The translations under genes were made by a program, and so were the position numbers. From Bacteroidota bacterium (GTDB lineage: Bacteria; Bacteroidota; Bacteroidia; Bacteroidales; VadinHA17), in assembly GCA_034659275.1 (NCBI GenBank), contig JAYEGY010000117.1, positions 42,809 through 106,808 on the forward strand: DNA of 64,000 bases. The letters run 5' to 3'. Of the stretch, positions 21,986-29,386 are shown piece after piece. How positions within the stretch are numbered: the stretch's first letter is position 1; each line of letters begins with the position of its first letter. The notes beneath the pieces are model-generated. The model saw only the letters and a program-made list of their open reading frames with translations, had not been told where the DNA came from and did no database searches.

Positions 21986-22535
21986 TCATCCTTTTCTTTA
22001 TTCCAAAATATATTTCAAGTTTCTTCTGAAGTATAGCTCTTGCCCTTGACAGGTTTGACTTTGACGTTCCCTCAGAAATATTAAGCTTTACGGCAATTTC
22101 TTTATGAGAGTAACCTTCCAATGCATACAGGTTAAACACCATTCTGTATTTAGGTGGCAATTCCATAATAAAATTGAGCAGGTCTTGTGATTCCAGTCCT
22201 GAAATATCAGCAGCTTCCAGTTCAGGTAAGGTATCATTGCTGTATCCCTCCTCCTCCACCTTATTGAGATAATACCTGTCACGGTGTTTTTCCAGAGCTG
22301 TATTTACAACAATACGTCTCATCCAGCCTTCAAAAGAACCATCACCGTTGAAAGTATGCAGGCCAGTAAATATTTTTATGAAGCTTTCCTGCAGCACATC
22401 CCTGGCCTCGTCATACGAGCCAGAATACTGAAGGCTCACTCCATAAAACTTTGCAGAGTACCTCCGGTAAAGCAGCTCCTGGTCACGTTTATTTCCTGAC
22501 AGGCAGCCCCTGAGTATTTTCCGCAGTTCAGGCAA
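21978..22535 (-). CDS. ECF-type RNA polymerase sigma-70 factor
   Basis: 185-aa ORF with region 2 (DVLQESFIKIF…) and region 4 HTH (EGYSHKEIAVKLNISEGTSKSNLSRAR). The annotated start is TTG, so the true start is uncertain. Confidence 0.85.
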   Translation of the reverse strand: MPELRKILRGCLSGNKRDQELLYRRYSAKFYGVSLQYSGSYDEARDVLQESFIKIFTGLHTFNGDGSFEGWMRRIVVNTALEKHRDRYYLNKVEEEGYSNDTLPELEAADISGLESQDLLNFIMELPPKYRMVFNLYALEGYSHKEIAVKLNISEGTSKSNLSRARAILQKKLEIYFGIKKRMNG

Positions 22536-22654
22536 TTTATTTCTGTTTAGAATATAAATATAGAAATAAATTATGATATGCGGAAAATGTACCTGCTACA
22601 CTTCCACTAAAGGATAGATGAAAAACTGACTTTATTGGTTGCGTTGAATCAGAT

Positions 22655-22832
22655 GTAATTGGTTACGCTTCGCGTGACGTAATTTTTTTCGCTCTGGTTT
22701 TGACATGATTAATTACGCGACCACTGTGACCTCCGTAGCTTTAGCGAAGGAGGGACGGGAGCAAATTACACCCGCGTAAGCAGGTAATTTACGAGAGCGG
22801 AGCGAACTAATTACGCGAACGCAGTGAGCCAT
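22655..22832. repeat. Degenerate ~22-23-bp units built on AATTACG(C) words, directly abutting the lpd stop
   Basis: Three tandem units at 22763-22784, 22785-22807 and 22808-22830. The exact 11-mer taattacgcga occurs at 22710-22720 and 22808-22818. Several local hairpins are present (aaattac…gtaattt; cctcc…ggagg). Confidence 0.6.
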
Positions 22833-24221
22833 TTACAAATGTATCACTTCATCATAAGCTGCTGCTGCAGCCTCCATAATTGCTTCTGACATAGTCGGAT
22901 GCGGGTGTACTGATTTAATAATCTCGTGTGCCGTGGTTTCCAATTTTCGGGCAACAACAATCTCGGCAATCATCTCGGTGACACCTGCACCTAACATGTG
23001 AGCACCAAGTAATTCCCCGTATTTTTCATCGAAGATAAGCTTAACAAAACCCTCCCTGGCTCCTTCGGCCGATGCTTTACCGCTGGCGGTAAAAGGAAAT
23101 TTACCCACCTTGATTTCATATCCTTTCTCCCTGGCTTCATCCTCTGTATAACCGCATGATGCCACTTCAGGTGATGTATATGTACATGCCGGAATATTAT
23201 TATAGTCAAGGCCTTCAACTTCCAGTCCGGCGATCTTTTCGACACATATAATACCTTCAGCTGATGCCACGTGTGCTAGTGCCGGGCCCTTAACAACATC
23301 GCCTATGGCATATATCCCGTCGATACTTGTTTTATAGTATTTGTCAACCAGTATTTTTCCCTTTTCCGTTTTCACTCCTGCTTCTTCAAGGCCTATTCCT
23401 TCAATATTGGCTGTAACACCCACGGCAGAGAGCACTATGTCAGCTTCAATCTCTTCCGTTCCCTTCTTTGTTGTAACGCTTGCAACACATTTTTCGCCTT
23501 CTGTATCTACTGTCTCCACACTTGTATTTGTAAGAATCTTCATGCCAGCTTTTTTGAATGAACGTTCAAGCTGCTTTGATACTTCCTTATCCTCATTTGG
23601 AACCACGGCGGGCAGGAATTCCACAAGGCTTACTTTTGTTCCGATCGAATTATAAAAATGAGCAAACTCACTACCTATTGCACCCGAGCCAATCACTATC
23701 ATTGATTCAGGTTTTTCTTTTAGTGTCATTGCCTCACGGTAGCCAATTATTTTTTTACCGTCTATCTTCACACCCGGTAATTCTTTGGCACGTGCTCCTG
23801 TAGCAATTATTATGTGATCAGATGATAATTCCTTAGTCCCGTCATCCGTATCCACTTTCACCACGCCTTTTTTCTTGAGCTTTCCAAAACCCTCTATTAT
23901 TTCAATCTTATTTTTCTTGAAAAGATACTGTACTCCCTTACTCATTCCTTCAGCCACCGACCTGCTTCTTTCCACCATTTTTTCAAGGTTCGCACTTGCA
24001 TCGCCATCTACGCTGACCCCATATTCATCTGCATGTTTCATGAAATCAAACACTTTTGCACTTTTCAGCAGTGACTTTGTCGGGATGCATCCCCAGTTAA
24101 GGCATACGCCTCCCGGTTCTGCCTTTTCAATCACTGCCACTTTCATTTTAAGCTGTGCAGCTCTTATCGCCGCTACATAACCTCCTGGTCCGGAGCCTAT
24201 TACAATTAAATCGTATTTCAT
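22833..24221 (-). CDS. lpd: Dihydrolipoyl dehydrogenase
   Basis: I place the true start at Met-48 of the ORF-track entry (ATG at 24221; MKYDLIVIGSGPGGY FAD motif). The redox-active CLNWGCIPTK is present. The 47-codon upstream extension runs through repeat DNA. Confidence 0.92.
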   Translation of the reverse strand: MKYDLIVIGSGPGGYVAAIRAAQLKMKVAVIEKAEPGGVCLNWGCIPTKSLLKSAKVFDFMKHADEYGVSVDGDASANLEKMVERSRSVAEGMSKGVQYLFKKNKIEIIEGFGKLKKKGVVKVDTDDGTKELSSDHIIIATGARAKELPGVKIDGKKIIGYREAMTLKEKPESMIVIGSGAIGSEFAHFYNSIGTKVSLVEFLPAVVPNEDKEVSKQLERSFKKAGMKILTNTSVETVDTEGEKCVASVTTKKGTEEIEADIVLSAVGVTANIEGIGLEEAGVKTEKGKILVDKYYKTSIDGIYAIGDVVKGPALAHVASAEGIICVEKIAGLEVEGLDYNNIPACTYTSPEVASCGYTEDEAREKGYEIKVGKFPFTASGKASAEGAREGFVKLIFDEKYGELLGAHMLGAGVTEMIAEIVVARKLETTAHEIIKSVHPHPTMSEAIMEAAAAAYDEVIHL

Positions 24222-24230
24222 AATATCTGT

Positions 24231-24258
24231 GTTTCTCGTTTCTCGTTGCTCGTCCCCA
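24231..24258. repeat. 7-bp tandem units gtttctc gtttctc gttgctc gtcccca, 10 nt upstream of the lpd start
   Basis: Read directly from the sequence. Confidence 0.8.
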
Positions 24259-24282
24259 CTGACCACAATCACTGGCCGTTCC

Positions 24283-24380
24283 GAAAAAGCTAGCTTTTTC
24301 GAGAATCCTCGAATCCAAGATTCGGGACTCGCGAGCTCGCAGTACTCGCTTGCCTTCGGCAAACTCGCGCTGCTCGGTTG
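24283..24380. repeat. Palindrome-rich extragenic element (copy A)
   Basis: Contains a perfect 18-bp palindrome gaaaaagctagctttttc (24283-24300), a cgaatc-caa-gattcg hairpin and the 17-mer gcgagctcgcagtactc (24331-24347). These are followed by a ttgcc-ttc-ggcaa hairpin and ctgctcggtt (24370-24379). The 17-mer and the ctgctcggtt box recur at 33576-33592 and 33620-33629. Confidence 0.75.
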
Positions 24381-24391
24381 TCTTTTTCCTT

Positions 24392-24412
24392 AGACGCGCT
24401 GGTAGCGCGTCT
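24392..24412. other. Perfect 9-bp GC-rich stem-loop (agacgcgct-ggt-agcgcgtct)
   Basis: Read directly. It lies between the ZnuB-like stop and repeat copy A. The flank is T-rich on the plus strand only. Confidence 0.6.
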
Positions 24413-24422
24413 CTACATTTTC

Positions 24423-24492
24423 CTTTTTACTTTTTACTTTTATCTTTTTACTTTTATCTTTTTACTTTTGTCTTTTTACTTTTGTCTTTTAT
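24423..24492. repeat. Ten tandem heptads CTTTTNN (14-bp super-unit)
   Basis: Sequence cttttta cttttta cttttat cttttta cttttat cttttta cttttgt cttttta cttttgt cttttat. The array spans the permease stop (24454-24456) and encodes its Lys-rich tail …KIKDKSKKTKVKR*. Confidence 0.9.
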
Positions 24493-25290
24493 CTTAGCCA
24501 TAACTATCCTGCTTATTACCCACAGCAGAACCAGCGTAAAAATAATTGTTGCTCCCGTAGGTATATTAAGATACCATGAAGCCGCAAAGCCTGCAAGCAT
24601 CCCGAGAAAAGCGGATATTACAGAAATAATGATAACATTCCTGAAATCCTTAGTATATAATAATGCAATATTCGGAGGTATTGTTAGCAATGAAAGCACC
24701 AGCACCACGCCCGCGATACGTATATTCAATACAATAACAAGAGATGCCAGTATGATAAGCAGGTATTTAAAAAAGTCAACCCTGGAAGAAAAAGTCCTGG
24801 CATAACTCTCATCAAAAGCAAGATACATAATAAAACGATAGTACCTTGTAAAGAAAATGAGAAGGATAACTGACATTACAGCAAGGGCAATTAAATCGGA
24901 CGTTTTGATTGTAAGAATGCTTCCGAACAGGTAACTCATAAGGTCGGGTGTATAACCCGGTGTGAGGTATATAAAAATTATACCTATAGCCATACCCAGG
25001 GCCCATAAAAAGCCAATGGCAGAATCTTCACTCACCTTTTGTCTCGATGCAAGATATTGTATGCCCATTGCTGAAGCAACACCAAAGCATGCAGCACCAA
25101 GAACCGGGCTTATACCAATAAAAAATGCGATACCAATCCCTCCAAAACTTGAATGGGTAATACCACCTGATAGAAAAACCATCTTCTTTGAAACTATATA
25201 TGAACCGGCTATCCCTGAGGTAATGCTGCCAAATATTACTGCAAGAATGCTTTTAATCAAAAAGTTATATTCGAAAAAGGCTTCAAACAT
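24454..25290 (-). CDS. Metal (Zn/Mn-type) ABC transporter permease
   Basis: I moved the start to Met-22 (ATG at 25290), 2 nt after the upstream ATPase stop. Polytopic ABC-3 family-like sequence. Confidence 0.8.
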   Translation of the reverse strand: MFEAFFEYNFLIKSILAVIFGSITSGIAGSYIVSKKMVFLSGGITHSSFGGIGIAFFIGISPVLGAACFGVASAMGIQYLASRQKVSEDSAIGFLWALGMAIGIIFIYLTPGYTPDLMSYLFGSILTIKTSDLIALAVMSVILLIFFTRYYRFIMYLAFDESYARTFSSRVDFFKYLLIILASLVIVLNIRIAGVVLVLSLLTIPPNIALLYTKDFRNVIIISVISAFLGMLAGFAASWYLNIPTGATIIFTLVLLWVISRIVMAKIKDKSKKTKVKR

Positions 25291-25292
25291 AA

Positions 25293-26036
25293 TTAATGTC
25301 TTTTTAATACTGTATGTGGAACATCCCCGTGGGCAATCAACTGAATAGGACAATCATATGCTTCCAACTGCTCGGAGGTAATCCTACCTGAATCATGAAA
25401 ATTCAGTTTTCGGTTTACACAGGCGAAACATTTGACAAAAGTTGATATCGTACCCACATCATGCGACACCATCATTATGGTAACTGTTTTATTCAACTCT
25501 TTCAATTTATCATAAAAACCCTGTTCAAAGCTTGTATCAACGAAGCTGCCCGGTTCATCAAGGAGTAATAATTTAGGTGAACCTATAAGTGCCCTGCAGA
25601 GGTACACCCTTTGTAATTCACCGCCTGAGAGATTATTCAATGACTTGTTACGCAAATGGTATATGCCCAGTTCATTAAGTACCTTATCTGCCTTTTTTTT
25701 GTCTTCCCTGTTCATCTTTGCTTTATGCCCTTTGAGTATCATCAAGCCTGACAAAACCACATCTTTAACTGACACCGGAAAGTCACGGTCACCCTCGGCT
25801 ATCTGTGGCAGGTAGCCTATCTTATTACGTCTTATTTTATCCTTGTTATAGATCACTTCTCCCTCTGTGGGTTCAATCAGACCAAGTATCACTTTCAACA
25901 GGCTTGTCTTCCCTCCCCCATTGGGTCCGATTACACCCATGAAATCACCTTCCCTGATCTTCAGGTTAACATTTTCAATGACATTAGCGCCATCATAAGA
26001 AGCAGATACTCCTTTCAGTTCTATTAGTGTGTCCAT
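25293..26036 (-). CDS. Metal ABC transporter ATP-binding protein
   Basis: 247-aa ORF with Walker A GPNGGGKTS, signature LSGGELQR and Walker B LLLLDEP. Confidence 0.87.
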   Translation of the reverse strand: MDTLIELKGVSASYDGANVIENVNLKIREGDFMGVIGPNGGGKTSLLKVILGLIEPTEGEVIYNKDKIRRNKIGYLPQIAEGDRDFPVSVKDVVLSGLMILKGHKAKMNREDKKKADKVLNELGIYHLRNKSLNNLSGGELQRVYLCRALIGSPKLLLLDEPGSFVDTSFEQGFYDKLKELNKTVTIMMVSHDVGTISTFVKCFACVNRKLNFHDSGRITSEQLEAYDCPIQLIAHGDVPHTVLKRH

Positions 26037-26040
26037 ATTA

Positions 26041-26901
26041 TTACCTCGCTATGTTCTCAGCTATCTCTTTCACTGATTTTACCCAGTTATTACTCAGGGG
26101 GTCAATTACAATCGTTTTGGCTCCAATCTCGTTCCCGATCAGCCTTGCATTGTTAGTGTCAAATTCACGCTGAACAAAAATTGTCTCCAAATCTCTTTTC
26201 CTCCCCTTGTCAATAAGTCTTTTCATCTCTAATAGTGACGGTTCTTTACCTTCAGCCTCAACGGGTATTTGCTCAAGGCCGTAATCCCGTGCAAAATATG
26301 TTAAAGAGGGATGAAATATCATAAATGACTTATTCCCGGAATCACCTAATAATGATTTTACATATGAATCCGTCTCTTTTATGATACTATCAAGTCTCAG
26401 GTAATTTGAATTATAAACTTTCTCCCTCTCCGGGTCATTTTCCACCAAAAAGTTTTTTATATCCCTGGCAATTATACTTGCCCGCTGAGGCGACATCCAG
26501 AAATGAGGATCGACACCACTGTAATTTTCTGTATCACTATGCTTGTGACTTTCAGGCATTATAAGGTCCTGGGATTCAGCCAGCTTTAAAACTTTAATCT
26601 CTTTATTCAGACTTATCAGCCTGTCGATCCATGCTCTCTCAAAGCCAAGATAACCGTTTATTATCATCAGCTCTGAATCATTAACATCTTTAATCACTGC
26701 AGGCGGTGGCTCATAAGTAGCCGGACTTGCTCCCGGCGGGACAATTACATTTATTAAATAACTGTCTCCTGCGATTTCCGATGTAAAAAACCTGAAAGGC
26801 TCTATGCTTACAGTTATTATTTTCTTATCCTGTTCAACAGGCCGGGTGGTGCATCCTGCAATAAGTAAAATATAAAGAACAGGAATAAGTAGACGTTTCA
26901 T
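26041..26901 (-). CDS. Metal ABC transporter substrate-binding lipoprotein (ZnuA/TroA-like)
   Basis: I place the start at Met-15 (ATG at 26901), which gives MKRLLIPVLYILLIAGCTT with a lipobox. TroA-like fold signature with the His-containing loop PESHKHSDTENYSGVDPHFW. Confidence 0.8.
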   Translation of the reverse strand: MKRLLIPVLYILLIAGCTTRPVEQDKKIITVSIEPFRFFTSEIAGDSYLINVIVPPGASPATYEPPPAVIKDVNDSELMIINGYLGFERAWIDRLISLNKEIKVLKLAESQDLIMPESHKHSDTENYSGVDPHFWMSPQRASIIARDIKNFLVENDPEREKVYNSNYLRLDSIIKETDSYVKSLLGDSGNKSFMIFHPSLTYFARDYGLEQIPVEAEGKEPSLLEMKRLIDKGRKRDLETIFVQREFDTNNARLIGNEIGAKTIVIDPLSNNWVKSVKEIAENIAR

Positions 26902-27007
26902 CGTTATCACTTTAAATAACAAATTTAATATATAACAATACAATCACACAACTGTTGTAAATGAATATCGGATAAATTACATTTGCCCCGTCAATTTTTC
27001 CGCTATT

Positions 27008-27508
27008 ATGATTAAAATGAGTGATGCCGGAGATATCCTGGTCTCTATTCTCGCAAGGGATGCAGATCGTATATTGTTTCTTCACAATACAAGGGATGAG
27101 GATACAGCCAGGGAGATTATGAATAAAGGATTCCAGTTCGAGGATCAATTGACATACTCAACCGACAGGATAAATCCTAAGGATATTGTCGAAATAAACT
27201 ATTTCCTGGTCGAAAGAAAAGAATATGGGAAATACACTGTTATTATTGAAATAGATAGAGCCCTCTACAAGAAATATAATAAGCTGATTGAAAATTCAGA
27301 TATTCATTTTGAAGAACTGACAACAATTACCAAGCCTGTTTTAAGCGATAATGATGAGAATATATATACCCTTTCCCATCACTATGTAAAAGGTTACCTT
27401 GATATTCTAACCGGCAAATTCATTGAAAACAGGGATTTTAACCCGGCATACGAACCAGCTGTCTACCTTGAGAACTATGAAAGGCTGAAGGGAAGAGATG
27501 AATTATGA
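27008..27508 (+). CDS. Hypothetical cytoplasmic protein (no family recognised)
   Basis: 166-aa ORF with coding-like composition and no TM segment or signal peptide. Divergent from the metal transporter. Confidence 0.4.
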   Translation: MIKMSDAGDILVSILARDADRILFLHNTRDEDTAREIMNKGFQFEDQLTYSTDRINPKDIVEINYFLVERKEYGKYTVIIEIDRALYKKYNKLIENSDIHFEELTTITKPVLSDNDENIYTLSHHYVKGYLDILTGKFIENRDFNPAYEPAVYLENYERLKGRDEL

Positions 27509-27549
27509 ATGATTGAGCTTCCTTAGCCTTACTGTGTCCGCCGAAGCCA

Positions 27550-27573
27550 GGCGCGGATCACCCGATCCGCGCC
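27550..27573. other. Perfect 10-bp GC stem with tetraloop (ggcgcggatc-accc-gatccgcgcc)
   Basis: Read directly, 42 nt after the stop of the 27008 ORF. No U-tract follows, so it is not a canonical intrinsic terminator. Confidence 0.55.
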
Positions 27574-27703
27574 AGTGAAGGTGGAGCCTAACATATAAAG
27601 TGTTAATTTATCTTAAATAGTTAGTAAGCCTGCTCAACAAAACCGTTCTTTACAATTTACTTACTTAATTGTGGGCCCAAATAAAAATACAAATCACTAT
27701 ACT

Positions 27704-29362
27704 ATGAAAATAATTATCAAACTTCTTATTCTCTCTACAGTAATGCTTTTTACCATGGAAGCATTTATATGCGCTCAGGCAAAATATCACAATCCCGGTG
27801 AAATAAATTCAATTCTCAACACATTGAACAAAAGCTATCCGGGTTTGACAATGCTTGAGACCATAGGTAAGACAGATTCGGGTAAGGAAATCAATGCCCT
27901 GACAATAGGAAGGGGCGAAACTGATGAAAGACCGGGCATAGCCATTGTTGGCGGTATCGACGGAAGGTATGTGGCAGGCAGGGAAATAGTCCTCGTTTTT
28001 GCTGAGAGACTACTGGAAAATTCCGGTAATGATGAGATTAGTGATCTTATCAGCCGGGTAAGCTTTTATATAATACCTGATGCAAGTCCCGATGCAAGTT
28101 CAGGATTCTTTTCGGATCCTCAATATGAGAGGCTGGTTAACGCAAATCCTACGGATAACGACCGTGATTTTAAAAATGATGAAGATCCCTTTGAAGACCT
28201 CAACGGTGACGGGTTGATAACGATGATAAGGGTAAAGGACCCAAAGGGTGATTACACCACCGACCCGGCGGATGAACGACTGATGAAAAAGTCTGATGTG
28301 TCGAAGGGCGAATCAGGTAACTGGTTTGTCTATACTGAAGGTATCGACAATGATAAAGATGATATGTTCAACGAAGACAGCCCCGGCGGGGTGAATTTCA
28401 ATAATAATTTCAGTTTTGAATATGAGGAATTCGGTAAAAAAGCCGGTATACATGCAGCATCGGAGAAAGAATCCAGGGCAGTGGCTGACTTCCTGTATGA
28501 GCATTTTAATATTTTTGCTGTCTTCTCCTTCGGACCCCAGGACAATTTGGGCCAGGCATTCAAAGCCAGGAGGCAGGCACAACCGGAAGCAGAAGAGTCA
28601 CAGTCACCATGGGGGCGTAGACGTTCCAGGAAAATAACATCCATATTACCGGAAGATGAGATGTACAATATTTTGCTTTCAGAAAAATACCATGAATGTA
28701 CAGGTTATGAGGGATCCCCCGGATTCACACGCGAAGCCGGTAACTTTATGGAATGGGCATATTACCATTATGGCAGGTACAGCTACTCAACACCCGGATG
28801 GTGGTTCCCTTCCGAAAAGGGATTATCAAAAGAAGCTTCTTTCCTTAAGTATGCATCCGAGAATATAGATGGTAACGTGTTTATAGACTGGCAGGAAATT
28901 GACCATCCTGACTTCCCGGGAAAAACGGTTGAAGCAGGAGGCATTAAACCGTTTGCAATGTATAAGCCGCCGGAAGAAAAACTAAACGAAGTAATTGAAT
29001 CCAATTACCTCTTCCTGGTAGAGGCAGCTAAACTGCACCCTGAAATTGAATTGATAGATCTTAAAACCAAAGAACTACAGAAAAACCTGTACAGGGTATC
29101 AGTTACTTTACATAATAAAGGACTCTTCTCAACCGCAAGCCAGTTGGGAGAAAGGGTTAAATGGGTGAGAAAGATAAAGCTGGAATTGAAATCAGATTCC
29201 GATTTCCAGCTACTCAGCGGAAAGAAAATTATTATGGATGAAAGACTTAAAGGTGATGAGTCACGCGAATACAACTGGCTCATAAGTGGCAAAGGAGACT
29301 TCATAATATCCGCCGGAGCTGTTAATTGCGGGATGGATGAAATCAATTTCACTATCAGGTAA
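27704..29362 (+). CDS. M14 carboxypeptidase-like protein, apparently catalytically dead paralog
   Basis: I place the start at Met-12 (ATG at 27704), which gives the signal peptide MKIIIKLLILSTVMLF. The protein aligns by eye along its length with the downstream M14 gene, including the shared Asp-rich Ca-binding-like block (NDRDFKNDEDPFEDLNGDGLITMIRVKDP). It lacks HxxE and the other catalytic positions. Confidence 0.7.
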   Translation: MKIIIKLLILSTVMLFTMEAFICAQAKYHNPGEINSILNTLNKSYPGLTMLETIGKTDSGKEINALTIGRGETDERPGIAIVGGIDGRYVAGREIVLVFAERLLENSGNDEISDLISRVSFYIIPDASPDASSGFFSDPQYERLVNANPTDNDRDFKNDEDPFEDLNGDGLITMIRVKDPKGDYTTDPADERLMKKSDVSKGESGNWFVYTEGIDNDKDDMFNEDSPGGVNFNNNFSFEYEEFGKKAGIHAASEKESRAVADFLYEHFNIFAVFSFGPQDNLGQAFKARRQAQPEAEESQSPWGRRRSRKITSILPEDEMYNILLSEKYHECTGYEGSPGFTREAGNFMEWAYYHYGRYSYSTPGWWFPSEKGLSKEASFLKYASENIDGNVFIDWQEIDHPDFPGKTVEAGGIKPFAMYKPPEEKLNEVIESNYLFLVEAAKLHPEIELIDLKTKELQKNLYRVSVTLHNKGLFSTASQLGERVKWVRKIKLELKSDSDFQLLSGKKIIMDERLKGDESREYNWLISGKGDFIISAGAVNCGMDEINFTIR

Positions 29363-29386
29363 CCAATAAGAAAAAAATAACTAGCC

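Noticed and set aside
24301-24330. tcgaatcc-like string reminiscent of a tRNA T-arm
   Set aside because: No acceptor, D or anticodon arm can be built around it. It is part of the cgaatc-caa-gattcg hairpin of the extragenic repeat.
24222-24362. 47-codon N-terminal extension of lpd in the ORF track, with similar extensions at 15985-16086, 25291-25353, 26902-26943, 27671-27703, 47787-47870 and 57783-57809
   Set aside because: The extensions overlap upstream genes or repeat DNA and precede canonical N-termini (FAD motif, signal peptides, lipoboxes). Internal ATGs were chosen instead.
24350-24805. 151-aa plus-strand ORF
   Set aside because: It begins in the palindrome and heptad repeats and then runs antisense to the ABC permease. 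The composition is repeat- or antisense-derived.
26948-26958. 11-bp palindrome acaacTgttgt and ATAACA words in the znuA-like promoter, as a Zur/metal-repressor operator
   Set aside because: It is too short and does not match the Zur box I know. It cannot be supported without comparative data.
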